Counted from the first letter of the stretch, positions 30,094 to 38,592 are shown. The stretch: DNA of 64,000 nt from an uncultured virus (IMG/VR IMGVR_UViG_3300008113_011532) (IMGVR_UViG_3300008113_011532), one strand, 5' to 3'. Numbers and translations are program-made. The notes: a model not told the origin generated them from the letters alone.

Positions 30094-30198
30094 AGGCAGT
30101 GGCAACCGAAAGGGCTACTTCGTAAATGGTTTACAATTTGACTTCAAATCAAACTCCGCGGTTCAATTCCGCAAAACCCTACGGGACTTACCCTGCCT
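30094..30198 (+). ncRNA. tRNA-like RNA with UCA anticodon and an irregular, extended acceptor helix
   Basis: D-arm gtaa/ttac, tttga-ctTCAaa-tcaaa, T-arm gcgg-ttcaatt-ccgc; outer helix aggcag/ctgcct. Confidence 0.55.
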
Positions 30199-30202
30199 CT
30201 AC

Positions 30203-30285
30203 GCACCGGTGGTGAAACTGGAGATACACGCTGCGCTTAAACCGCAGTCCTTTATTGGTTGAGGGTTCGAGCCCCTTCCGGTGCA
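30203..30285 (+). tRNA. tRNA-Leu(TAA)
   Basis: ctgcg-ctTAAac-cgcag; long V-arm. Confidence 0.85.
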
Positions 30286-30318
30286 CTTAAATATATATAA
30301 AAGAAAAGTACAAAAAAC

Positions 30319-31089
30319 ATGAGCATAACACTACTCGGTACATGCAGAATAGATTCGATACCAGGACACAATAACCTGAACAATCTAATAAACTACCCAC
30401 ACTCGACGAAAGAAGTCATACAGATGCTCGAATTCATCTCAGGTAAGAAGGATTTGAAGAGTCCGTATAACCTACTTTGTCTAAGAGCGGCAATTATAGA
30501 AACAGTCTATCCGGGATCAATCTCAAGAGAGACCGGTCTACCCGAAAATGTAATCTTCGAAAGGTTCGAATTGACAGAGTCAAACGGTAAAAAACACATA
30601 CTTCAACAAACGTCAATCGTAGAAAAATTCAATCAAACTGAGGTATTTGTTATTGAGATTTCTTCAGTAAAAAATTACACACACAACGGACACTACCTAC
30701 ACCACCTCTGCGTAGACGAAAGATTTCCTGACTACAAAAGCATAACTCCAGTCGAAATACTTGACGAACACACTGTCAACAAACAGAGTGAGGCAGAAAT
30801 CGAGAAAGACATATTGAAAATCGTAGAAATGCTATCACCAAAGAAAATACTTATTGTATCACACTTCAACTACAAAAACGGAACAGAATTCATACCAAGT
30901 AGGAACGATTTAGTACGCACGCTTGAAAGAATATGTGAAAGAAACGGAATCGCCTTCGCAAATCCGGCAGAGCTACTGTCAGAACACGACCAGAACCTGA
31001 CTATGGGTAGCGACAGCGAACACTACACGCCACTCGGTAAAGTACTAATTGGCGAAAAGCTAAGTCAGATGATCGACAAACTGGCCTGA
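30319..31089 (+). CDS. Hypothetical protein, possibly SGNH/GSCFA-like
   Basis: GTCR at the N-terminus, IEISS and DSEHY motifs; AT-richer than neighbouring genes. Confidence 0.45.
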   Translation: MSITLLGTCRIDSIPGHNNLNNLINYPHSTKEVIQMLEFISGKKDLKSPYNLLCLRAAIIETVYPGSISRETGLPENVIFERFELTESNGKKHILQQTSIVEKFNQTEVFVIEISSVKNYTHNGHYLHHLCVDERFPDYKSITPVEILDEHTVNKQSEAEIEKDILKIVEMLSPKKILIVSHFNYKNGTEFIPSRNDLVRTLERICERNGIAFANPAELLSEHDQNLTMGSDSEHYTPLGKVLIGEKLSQMIDKLA

Positions 31090-31135
31090 ATGAAAAAAAA
31101 AATCTAAATAAACTTCCTGGCAAGAAAAAAATACA

Positions 31136-31156
31136 TATATTTGTTCAGTTCTTTGA
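31136..31156 (+). promoter_or_regulatory. TAnnTTTG promoter followed by boxA-like GTTCTTTGA
   Basis: tatatttg 31136-31143; gttctttga 31148-31156. Confidence 0.55.
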
Positions 31157-31175
31157 GAGAAAGCAATAAATAAAA

Positions 31176-31257
31176 GCTCTTGTGGTGGAATTGGTAGACA
31201 CGCTAGACTTAGGATCTAGTGCCGCAAGGTGTGCGAGTTCGAGTCTCGCCAAGAGTA
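31176..31257 (+). tRNA. tRNA-Leu(TAG)
   Basis: ctaga-ctTAGga-tctag. Confidence 0.9.
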
Positions 31258-31280
31258 CAGAAAAAAAAACGCTTCAAAGC

Positions 31281-31343
31281 TTGTCGGAATGGAAATAATG
31301 ACTATCTTTGAAAAACAATAACAGAACAAAGGTTCTTTGACAT
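31281..31343 (+). promoter_or_regulatory. TTG...TATCTTTG promoter followed by boxA-like GTTCTTTGACAT
   Basis: Motifs at 31281, 31303-31310 and 31332-31343. Confidence 0.6.
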
Positions 31344-31364
31344 ACTAAAACAAAAACAATAAAT

Positions 31365-31445
31365 GCTCCGGTGGTGGAATGGTAGACACGCTCGTTTCAG
31401 AGGCGAGTGCCGCAAGGTGTGAGGGTTCAAGTCCCTTCTGGAGTA
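31365..31445 (+). tRNA. tRNA-Leu(CAG)
   Basis: ctcgt-ttCAGag-gcgag. Confidence 0.9.
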
Positions 31446-31451
31446 CAAAAA

Positions 31452-31525
<74 letters not shown>

Positions 31526-31533
31526 CTAAAAAC

Positions 31534-31605
<72 letters not shown>

Positions 31606-31625
31606 CGAAAAAATGTTCTAAAAAG

Positions 31626-31680
31626 TTTGGTGGAACGAAAAGAAACACTAACTTTGTAAAACAAACGAGGTCTTTGACAT
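31626..31680 (+). promoter_or_regulatory. TTTG...TAACTTTG promoter followed by boxA-like GGTCTTTGACAT
   Basis: Motifs at 31626, 31649-31656 and 31669-31680. Confidence 0.6.
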
Positions 31681-31691
31681 AACAAGAAAAC

Positions 31692-31763
31692 GGCGCCATA
31701 GTTCAAGGGATAGAATAGAAGTTTCCTAAACTTTAGATCCAGGTTCGAATCCTGGTGGGGCCA
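31692..31763 (+). tRNA. tRNA-Arg(CCT)
   Basis: gaagt-ttCCTaa-acttt. Confidence 0.88.
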
Positions 31764-31777
31764 CTAAAAAACAAAAC

Positions 31778-31860
31778 GCGCCGATGGCGAAATTGGTAGA
31801 CGCGCCATCCTGAGGGGGTGGTGTCCTATGGATGTGGGGGTTCAAGTCCCCCTCGGCGTA
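31778..31860 (+). tRNA. tRNA-Leu(GAG)
   Basis: ccatc-ctGAGgg-ggtgg. Confidence 0.88.
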
Positions 31861-31873
31861 CAAAAAACACAAC

Positions 31874-31955
31874 GGCCTTGTGTTGGAAATGGTAGACAAG
31901 CACGTTTGAGGGGCGTGTGCCGAAAGGCGTATGGGTTCAAGTCCCATCAAGGTCA
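31874..31955 (+). tRNA. tRNA-Leu(GAG), second copy
   Basis: cacgt-ttGAGgg-gcgtg. Confidence 0.85.
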
Positions 31956-32003
31956 CAAAAGAATGCTCAGGCAACCCCCTGGTGAAAGCATTCGAAAATA
32001 TAT

Positions 32004-32076
<73 letters not shown>

Positions 32077-32090
32077 CTAAAAAAATACAT

Positions 32091-32163
32091 TGCGCGGTGG
32101 AGAAGTAGGTATCTCGTGAGGCTCATAACCTTAAGATCGGCGGTTCGAGTCCGTCCTGCGCTA
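32091..32163 (+). tRNA. tRNA-fMet(CAT), second copy
   Basis: 1:72 mismatch, tgagg-ctCATaa-cctta. Confidence 0.8.
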
Positions 32164-32283
32164 CAAAAACCCAGGCAACCTCCTGGTAGAAACAGAATGC
32201 TCAGGCAACCCCCTGGTAAAAAGCATTCGAGCTCTTTGAAATGTCAAATACTAAAAATAAAGCTCAGGCGTAATTAACCTGCA

Positions 32284-32413
32284 GCCTGGATGGTTCGAAA
32301 CATCCGATTTGATATGGTGTACTGGGCACGACACCCGCCGCTGAGGTTCGAATCCTCAGGTAAGGAATGGCTACCACGGGAGTAAGATTGGGTTCGATTC
32401 CCTTTATCAGGCC
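32284..32413 (+). ncRNA. Putative structured RNA with three T-loop-like hairpins
   Basis: ggatg-gttcgaaa-catcc, ctgagg-ttcgaat-cctcag and ggg-ttcgatt-ccc, closed by gcctg/caggc. Confidence 0.4.
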
Positions 32414-32510
32414 AAAAGACCAGACAACCCTCTGGCAGCAACGCTAACACAGCACAATGCGGGCTCATACCTGCGGCGTAGTGTGACGGTCAGGAGAGAC
32501 TGACAACCTT

Positions 32511-32586
<76 letters not shown>

Positions 32587-32654
32587 ATCAAAGGTCGCTG
32601 CAACGGGCTGCGAGAGCCGAGGATCGAAATGTTTGCAGACATAGACATCTAGGC

Positions 32655-32727
32655 AGTGTGTTCGTATAGGGGACTAGTACGTCGTTCGCGAAGAACGGAA
32701 ACACGGGTTCGAGTCCCGTACACACAA
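32655..32727 (+). tRNA. tRNA-like gene with a Glu-type body and aberrant anticodon loop
   Basis: Acceptor gtgtgt/acacac, T-arm acggg-ttcgagt-cccgt; loop cgcgaag lacks U33. Confidence 0.5.
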
Positions 32728-32737
32728 CAAAAAATAC

Positions 32738-32810
32738 ACGGGTGTAGCTCAGCTGGTAGAGTAGTGGTCTCCAAAACCATTGGTCGTGGGTTCGAATCCT
32801 ACCTCCCGTG
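32738..32810 (+). tRNA. tRNA-Trp(CCA)
   Basis: gtggt-ctCCAaa-accat. Confidence 0.88.
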
Positions 32811-32812
32811 CT

Positions 32813-33020
32813 AGATTAGTAATCGATATGATGGAGGGAATAGCCATCGCGTGAATGGCCCGACCTTTTGCATCACGGATAGTTGCGCAAACAATACGTG
32901 GACTAGGAGGAAAGCTATAACCGGCAAGGATTAGAAATCAAGTCGGAAAGAAGCAAGTACAGAACCCGAACGGACGAACTTACTAAGTCCAAAGGGTAAG
33001 GGTGTCGACAATGCTAATCT
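32813..33020 (+). ncRNA. Putative ~210-nt ncRNA between two tRNAs
   Basis: Closing helix agattagt/gctaatct plus tcgata/tgtcga; no substantial ORF. Confidence 0.45.
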
Positions 33021-33023
33021 TAA

Positions 33024-33097
33024 GGTCTTGTAGCTCAGTTGGTTAGAGCACTGGTCTCATAAACCAGGGGTCCTCGGATCGTGCCCGAGCAGGACCA
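33024..33097 (+). tRNA. tRNA-Met/Ile2(CAT), elongator type
   Basis: ctggt-ctCATaa-accag. Confidence 0.85.
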
Positions 33098-33113
33098 CAC
33101 CAGTATCTGGTAC

Positions 33114-33923
33114 TCACGATTGTTGAGTACCATTTACTTTTAAATACTCAATCAGAGTATCAAATTCCATTTCAACTTTTTCTTTTGAGAATCTACCCAT
33201 ATCTTTGATGATGTATGGTTTATAACCACACCTTTCAATTTCTTTCAATTTTATTCTATCTCTATTCTGTACCTGTGATAAAGAATGACCTTCCCTTATT
33301 TTCTCGTAGTGCCACTTACCATTCCACAAAACAGCCAACTTACAATCGTGTATGATTACATCCGCATCCCAACCATTGAATATAGGTTTGTTATTTTCGA
33401 CATTATTGAAGTAATCAGAGCACTTCTCAAAGAACAGAATCTCATTTTTACTCCTACGAACCTGTGTATTAATAGACTTCTCAACCATTTTTCGTATATT
33501 TTCTCTACCCTCATCAGTTTTACATCTATGTTTACTCGAACACGAAATAGAACAAAATAAATTTCTTTTCCTGGACATAGTAATATCGACACCACATTCC
33601 AAACAACTCTTAGCACTTCTCGGTCTTTTTTCACGAACGGTGCCCAAAACCGAATTTCGAATCTTTTCTCGGGTCTCATCACTACGCTCTCTCTTATTCG
33701 CACAACTACGGGAACAATAAACATCCTTTCTCTCAAAGTGAGTGTACTCAACCATATTATCACAGTGTTTACACTTATCGATGAAATCGAATTTTTCCTT
33801 TAACATCCTTATAGATAGTTTCTTCAGAATCCGTTTCAGTTTATAGATGTTTATACCCAACTCATTCGCCATATCTTGTCTACTATAACCAAGCTCTATC
33901 ATTTCCTCAATATGTTCTTTCAT
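33114..33923 (-). CDS. Putative free-standing homing endonuclease (HTH, Zn-ribbons, PD-(D/E)xK/Vsr-like domain)
   Basis: YCSRSC, FCSISC, DAD, WNGKWHY and QNRDRIK motifs; AT-rich and antisense to the tRNA cluster. Confidence 0.7.
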   Translation of the reverse strand: MKEHIEEMIELGYSRQDMANELGINIYKLKRILKKLSIRMLKEKFDFIDKCKHCDNMVEYTHFERKDVYCSRSCANKRERSDETREKIRNSVLGTVREKRPRSAKSCLECGVDITMSRKRNLFCSISCSSKHRCKTDEGRENIRKMVEKSINTQVRRSKNEILFFEKCSDYFNNVENNKPIFNGWDADVIIHDCKLAVLWNGKWHYEKIREGHSLSQVQNRDRIKLKEIERCGYKPYIIKDMGRFSKEKVEMEFDTLIEYLKVNGTQQS

Positions 33924-34024
33924 AAAAAACTTATTTTTAGTTTATATATAAAACTAGATGACCTATGGTTCGATTTTATTTTGGACTACATTTTTTTAAT
34001 CCAGTTCCACTTTATATATACTCT

Positions 34025-34660
34025 ATGATAAAGAAATGGAATGAGTTCTGCCGAATAATCGAATCCGGCGAATACATGGACGACTACCTCGACGCAATCA
34101 ACGGAAGCGGCCACATATACCCGGACGAGAAGGAGAGGCTCTTCATCGGAAAGTCGTTGGACCTACCGAGGGTAAGGATCCTTGACGAGTTCCAGAGGAG
34201 GCTGGTCGAGCAGTTCCCGGGCATCATCATGTTCACATACGGCGGTTCTGTGCTGATTCCTACTTACATCGACGGCAACACAATCGAAGGCGTCGGCTAC
34301 AAGGACCAGGGCGGCAAGCTAGTCTTCCAACAGTTCAGCAACCGATCTACATCATTCATCAGCGACTACGACTTCCAGGACGACCACGACGAGCTTTACA
34401 TGAGCATCGCCGGGGAGATGGCGGAGAACGACGGAAGACCTTACATCGAGGCGGACCGAGACAACGACGAGATTGATCATGCGAGGACAGAGCAGATTTT
34501 GGCACACCTAAGCAAGATGTCCAACGCGGGGTTCTCGGACTTCACGAGGAGGAACATCCCCGACAAAAGGTACTGGGACTGTAAGAGATCCATCGCGGAC
34601 GTTGCCCAGTACATAATCGATAACGATTTATGGGAAAAAATCAAGGCGGAAATAGGATAA
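34025..34660 (+). CDS. Hypothetical protein (MIKKWNEF motif)
   Basis: ATG just after a TATATA motif. Confidence 0.6.
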   Translation: MIKKWNEFCRIIESGEYMDDYLDAINGSGHIYPDEKERLFIGKSLDLPRVRILDEFQRRLVEQFPGIIMFTYGGSVLIPTYIDGNTIEGVGYKDQGGKLVFQQFSNRSTSFISDYDFQDDHDELYMSIAGEMAENDGRPYIEADRDNDEIDHARTEQILAHLSKMSNAGFSDFTRRNIPDKRYWDCKRSIADVAQYIIDNDLWEKIKAEIG

Positions 34661-34722
34661 ATCGAAAAAAAGTTCCTATCTTTACAAAACAAAGGAAACG
34701 AAAACTTATATATACAATACTT

Positions 34723-34815
34723 ATGAAAACTTTCATCAACATAACAGCTATCTTCCCGCAGGATCAGGATCAACCGAAAAGGTTGTGGACTAGCTGCCTA
34801 TTGTCTGAAAGTTGA
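34723..34815 (+). CDS. Attenuator leader peptide 2 (MKTFINITAIFPQDQDQPKRLWTSCLLSES)
   Basis: PQDQDQP block matches the downstream Gln/Asp/Pro tRNAs; ggactagctg pairs with the terminator 5' arm. Confidence 0.88.
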   Translation: MKTFINITAIFPQDQDQPKRLWTSCLLSES

Positions 34816-34835
34816 TAAAGAACTTGAACGATATG

Positions 34836-34868
34836 AGCCCAGTTAGTCTTTGATTAGCTGGGTTTTTT
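34836..34868 (+). terminator. Attenuator terminator 2
   Basis: agcccagttagtc-ttt-gattagctgggtt plus U-tract. Confidence 0.85.
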
Positions 34869-34879
34869 CGTTTATACAA

Positions 34880-34953
34880 TGTCCCGTGGTGTAATTCGGC
34901 AACACGTCTGATTTTGGCTCAGAAGAGTCCAGGTTCGAGCCCTGGCGGGACAA
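34880..34953 (+). tRNA. tRNA-Gln(TTG)
   Basis: tctga-ttTTGgc-tcaga. Confidence 0.9.
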
Positions 34954-34963
34954 CAAAGAAAAC

Positions 34964-35035
34964 TGTCGAGTCGTCTAGTTGGCAGGACACGGGATTTTGA
35001 CTCCCGAGACACAGGTTCGAAGCCTGTCTCGACAA
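34964..35035 (+). tRNA. tRNA-Gln(TTG), second copy
   Basis: cggga-ttTTGac-tcccg. Confidence 0.88.
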
Positions 35036-35049
35036 CTAAAGCAGGAAAA

Positions 35050-35122
35050 GGTCCTGCAGTCCAGTGGAGTGGACGCCGCCCTGTCACGGCGGAGATCGTG
35101 GGTTCGAATCCCATCAGGACCG
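35050..35122 (+). tRNA. tRNA-Asp(GTC)
   Basis: ccgcc-ctGTCac-ggcgg. Confidence 0.9.
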
Positions 35123-35132
35123 CAAAACAAAA

Positions 35133-35206
35133 CGAGTAGTAGAGGAGTGGTTTATCTCGGGTGCATTGGAAGCATCAGCACGCAGGTTCGAATCCTGCCT
35201 ATTCGA
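35133..35206 (+). tRNA. tRNA-Pro(TGG)
   Basis: ggtgc-atTGGaa-gcatc. Confidence 0.8.
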
Positions 35207-35210
35207 CAAA

Positions 35211-35282
35211 GGTCCTGTCGTCCAATGGTAGGATAACCCGTTGTCTGCGGGATGGTTGCGGGTTCGAGCCCCGTCAGGACCG
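35211..35282 (+). tRNA. tRNA-Asp(GTC), second copy
   Basis: cccg-ttGTCtg-cggg. Confidence 0.8.
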
Positions 35283-35336
35283 CGAATATAACTAGGTGTA
35301 GATCAGTTGGTAGATCGGGTGGTTTGGGACCATCAG

Positions 35337-35540
35337 AAAGACCTTACCATTATCTAATGAAAATACTGCACCGAACACACCGACACCTAAAAACTCTTTA
35401 ATTTTTCCAAACTTGCTTTCAAATTTTTCTACATCAAAGGATTCAATAAACTTATTCATATTGTTTTTAACTTGTTCACTAACAATATGTGATCTCATTA
35501 TCAATGCCTCAAAGCCTTTTCTTAATAAGCTTTTTACCAA
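35337..35540 (-). pseudogene. Truncated kinase-like ORF at the edge of the insertion
   Basis: LGVGVFGAVF Gly-rich loop, cut at the tRNA junction. Confidence 0.45.
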
Positions 35541-35605
35541 TACATCATTATTAGATGTTAATTCGTTAAAAAAATAAATATATACTCTAATAAAAAAACA
35601 ATGAT

Positions 35606-36178
35606 ATGAAATACATTAAAACATTTGAGTCTTTCAAATTAAACGAAACACAGGACATGATGTTCATGCCTGTTGATCCAATTAAAGGTGCAGCTGAAGC
35701 TTATTCAGATATTGCAAGCGCTTTAGGTGGGAAATTCCACGAAGCATTGGATAAAGTAGAAGAAGTTGCTGAAGCAGTAGTTGAAGAAATTGGTGGAAAA
35801 GCTTCTGAAGTATTAAGTTCTGTAGAAAGATTCTTCGGAATTCCTGCAGAAGAACTTACTTATGATGCTATTGTAGCTAAATTAGAAAAATCAAACGAGT
35901 CTTTCGTAGACAAATATGATGAAGCAGATCCATATGATGGACATGGAGAAACTATGACGACTCCTTTAAAAGATATAAAAGGAGGTCCTGTTCAAAAGAT
36001 TCTTTCGATACTTCAAAATGTATTTGCCACCAACATCCTTTCAATTGGAGTATTAGGAACTTTTGTTACTTGGATAGCAGGTATAACTGTAAACTTTGCT
36101 GTGTCTATGCTTGTATCAATCGCTGCATTCGTAGTAATACATATTATAAGAAAACTTGTAACTATGGCTACTGCATAA
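35606..36178 (+). CDS. AT-rich membrane protein with MKYIKTFESFKLNE N-terminus
   Basis: 190 aa ORF with two C-terminal hydrophobic helices; codon usage differs from the rest of the window. Confidence 0.75.
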   Translation: MKYIKTFESFKLNETQDMMFMPVDPIKGAAEAYSDIASALGGKFHEALDKVEEVAEAVVEEIGGKASEVLSSVERFFGIPAEELTYDAIVAKLEKSNESFVDKYDEADPYDGHGETMTTPLKDIKGGPVQKILSILQNVFATNILSIGVLGTFVTWIAGITVNFAVSMLVSIAAFVVIHIIRKLVTMATA

Positions 36179-36307
36179 GAAACAAAATTAAAAGAACCAT
36201 TCATTGGTTCTTTTTTTTATGTATAGAATTTTATATATACAAAAAAGATATATTATTTTGCCGCAGGTTCGAGCCCTGCCACCTAGACAAAACGAGTTGT
36301 CACGCAG

Positions 36308-36340
36308 TTCGGAGCGGGTTCAACTCCCGTCACTTCCGCA
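36308..36340 (+). other. Orphan 3' tRNA/tmRNA-like half
   Basis: ttcggagcgggttcaactcccgtcacttccgca, a T-arm with no matching 5' half nearby. Confidence 0.4.
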
Positions 36341-36367
36341 AAAAGGCCTCGAATAATCGAGGCCTTC

Positions 36368-36685
36368 TTATTTACTATCTTCATCGTTGGTTCCGGAGTT
36401 CTTCGTACCGAAGTAGTAAGAGAATATCATCAGCGTCAGAGTCTTGATAAGCTCGAAAAGCTGCGTACTCAGTTCAGGAGTTAGTAATTGTACTCTGAAC
36501 GCCACCGTCTTATCCACTATGAAGAGTGCGGTCAACGCAGTGAAAATGACCAGGACGAATCGGACGAGTACATCCTTTGTGTTCTTCGCGAACATGTTGT
36601 TGACCCAGTACACGGAACCGGCTATGAAACCGAGGCCTATGAGTATGCCCATAACCATTATCCACGGATTGTTAGAACTGAACAT
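36368..36685 (-). CDS. Small membrane protein (holin-like)
   Basis: Three hydrophobic helices; C-terminal SYYFGTK. Confidence 0.5.
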   Translation of the reverse strand: MFSSNNPWIMVMGILIGLGFIAGSVYWVNNMFAKNTKDVLVRFVLVIFTALTALFIVDKTVAFRVQLLTPELSTQLFELIKTLTLMIFSYYFGTKNSGTNDEDSK

Positions 36686-36697
36686 ATGTCTGTATTT

Positions 36698-37399
36698 TTA
36701 TTCGGACAGGTAGTCGCGTGTCGAGACGATTCTCCTAATGTAGACAGTCTTGTTTTTCCCGATCACGAACTCACTAAGTCCTATGTGTGATTTGTTGCTA
36801 GGATTCCAGTCGTATGTGTAGCCGAGCTGTCCCCAAGGATATTGGTTGTAGAGATCACACTGGTAGTACCTGCTGATCCTGTTGTCGTTTATCCAACTCA
36901 CGTGTTCGTCGTCGGTTCCCAAAGGAAAACAAAGGTCACACTTCGAGTCGTTTATCTCTTTGTCTGGGCACGGTCTGAAAAGGTCTTGCGGCCTGACCCA
37001 GATTTCTACGAAATAGCTGTATTTTGATCCAGGTGGTAGACCTAATAGTTGTATAAGTCTTAGGTTCGTGTCTGCAGGTGCCTCTTTTCTGAACCTGCTC
37101 TTGAGCTCAGGTGATACGGTGACCCAGATTGGATAGTTTCCGGTATTGAACTTGTCGGACTTCTTGTAGAATGATACGTTCTGCTTCCAGGTGCAAACAA
37201 GTATGTACTCCTCCCCGTCTATGTTCTTTCTGTTTATCCATTCATTTTCTGGATTTATTGCGACCAGGCCGTCGTAAATCTTTGAGCTGTCCGGATAGAT
37301 TGAGTTGTGCATAGCGTATTTGTACAAATCCCTATCCGACTGCGACATCGATACGAAGCAAATAAGTATTGCAACTGCAACTGATAATAATTTTCCCAT
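36698..37399 (-). CDS. Secreted hypothetical protein
   Basis: Signal peptide; QLLGLPP, LFRPC and YPWGQLGYTYDW motifs. Confidence 0.65.
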   Translation of the reverse strand: MGKLLSVAVAILICFVSMSQSDRDLYKYAMHNSIYPDSSKIYDGLVAINPENEWINRKNIDGEEYILVCTWKQNVSFYKKSDKFNTGNYPIWVTVSPELKSRFRKEAPADTNLRLIQLLGLPPGSKYSYFVEIWVRPQDLFRPCPDKEINDSKCDLCFPLGTDDEHVSWINDNRISRYYQCDLYNQYPWGQLGYTYDWNPSNKSHIGLSEFVIGKNKTVYIRRIVSTRDYLSE

Positions 37400-37443
37400 T
37401 TGTTTTATAAGTTTCGGTTATATATCACCGAGACGAACGCACA

Positions 37444-38202
37444 TCAGATTCTTATCCATCCATCACAAGCGATGTCTGCCTCTTGACTACCATACCACTT
37501 CCCGGGGTAGACGACCCTTTTATTAGGATTTTTGTTCAGCCAGGCACCCCACCACGAGAATGAACTGTTTGCTATTATGTTATCCCTACAAAGGGACATG
37601 AGCCAAAGGTCTACGACCTCGTCGTTGCCGGTCACCACCGTCATTTTCTCGAACGGAAGGTTTTCTCTACACCAAGAAGGATCGTCCGAGAAGACGAACA
37701 GCTTGTCGTACGCTTCCAGCTCACAGAGCGCGCTCGTATAGTATTCTAGGTCCTGCACTGGATGAAATCCGTTCGAGGTCACGTAGTCGGTCCTGCGTAT
37801 GTGCATGGAAATCGAATCAGGAGTTATACCGAAACGCTCTACCAGATCCGCCGGTGGGGAAAGCGTACGCCTTATCACATCCTCGCTTCCTTTGAAGAAC
37901 CTTTCCTTCTGGAAGTGGTCTACGAGCACGTAATTTTTTTCGGGGTTCAAAGCATCGAGGTTCGTAACATCGGCGACAACATCGAAAGGCCTGGAATTTC
38001 CAACCATCTCATCGGTGAGCTTCTCCGAGAAGTTAGGAAACTTGTTGAGCGAGTAGCTTCTCTTAGTAACACCAGGTATGTAAGAGTTCAGAAAAGACAG
38101 GTCCATATAGAGGTTTCTGTTACCGGTCAGTGAAAGGTGCTTGCCGTAGGCCCACTGGAAAAGTTGGTTACCTAGTCCACCCATGAGTTTTACCACAATC
38201 AT
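37444..38202 (-). CDS. Alpha-1,2-fucosyltransferase (GT11)
   Basis: GGLGNQLFQ, HIRRTDY, FSDD and IIANSSFSWWGAWL motifs. Confidence 0.92.
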   Translation of the reverse strand: MIVVKLMGGLGNQLFQWAYGKHLSLTGNRNLYMDLSFLNSYIPGVTKRSYSLNKFPNFSEKLTDEMVGNSRPFDVVADVTNLDALNPEKNYVLVDHFQKERFFKGSEDVIRRTLSPPADLVERFGITPDSISMHIRRTDYVTSNGFHPVQDLEYYTSALCELEAYDKLFVFSDDPSWCRENLPFEKMTVVTGNDEVVDLWLMSLCRDNIIANSSFSWWGAWLNKNPNKRVVYPGKWYGSQEADIACDGWIRI

Positions 38203-38206
38203 AAGG

Positions 38207-38533
38207 TCAGTTTCTTTTTTTTAATATATCGTCGATCCTCGACTCTCTAACAATCGCCTTCAGGTCGCCGTAGGTCGTGAACTCATCAATCAGCCTGCCG
38301 TTGTAGTATATGTCGAACTCGTCGAACGAGCAGCTCTCTTCGTCCTGGCGTGGCAGCTCTCCGTTGTACCCGTTGTAACTCTCGTAGGTCCAACCCTGAA
38401 AGAATCCCCAACCATTCTCGAGCACCATCGAGTCGTACCAGTTTGTGCAGTCCGAATCCAACGTGGCCTCTCCTACGAACCAGGTTTCCTTTTTGGCGAT
38501 GAAGCTGAAACCGCTCGTGAAATCTATCTTCAT
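38207..38533 (-). CDS. Hypothetical protein
   Basis: C-terminal RESRIDDIL motif. Confidence 0.55.
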   Translation of the reverse strand: MKIDFTSGFSFIAKKETWFVGEATLDSDCTNWYDSMVLENGWGFFQGWTYESYNGYNGELPRQDEESCSFDEFDIYYNGRLIDEFTTYGDLKAIVRESRIDDILKKRN

Positions 38534-38592
38534 AAAGATTATACGGATGATAACAAACAAAGGCCTCAACGATATATAAAAAAACACAAAAT

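Larger units (their letters stand above)
35292..36287 (+). pseudogene. tRNA-Pro(TGG) split by a 923-bp insertion in the variable loop (halves 35292-35336 and 36260-36287)
   Basis: Acceptor ctaggtg pairs with cacctag; joining the halves restores V-loop aggcc and the T-arm. Confidence 0.85.

Noticed and set aside
30094..30198. Selenocysteine tRNA
   Set aside because: It lacks the long variable arm and regular extended acceptor stem, and no sel genes are in the window.
32813..33020. RNase P RNA
   Set aside because: Only short word matches; it is too small and I could not form the P4 pairing. Kept as an unassigned ncRNA.
35337..36259. Group I/II intron or integrative element within tRNA-Pro
   Set aside because: No intron core, integrase or transposase, no att duplication, and the site is not the usual anticodon-loop position.
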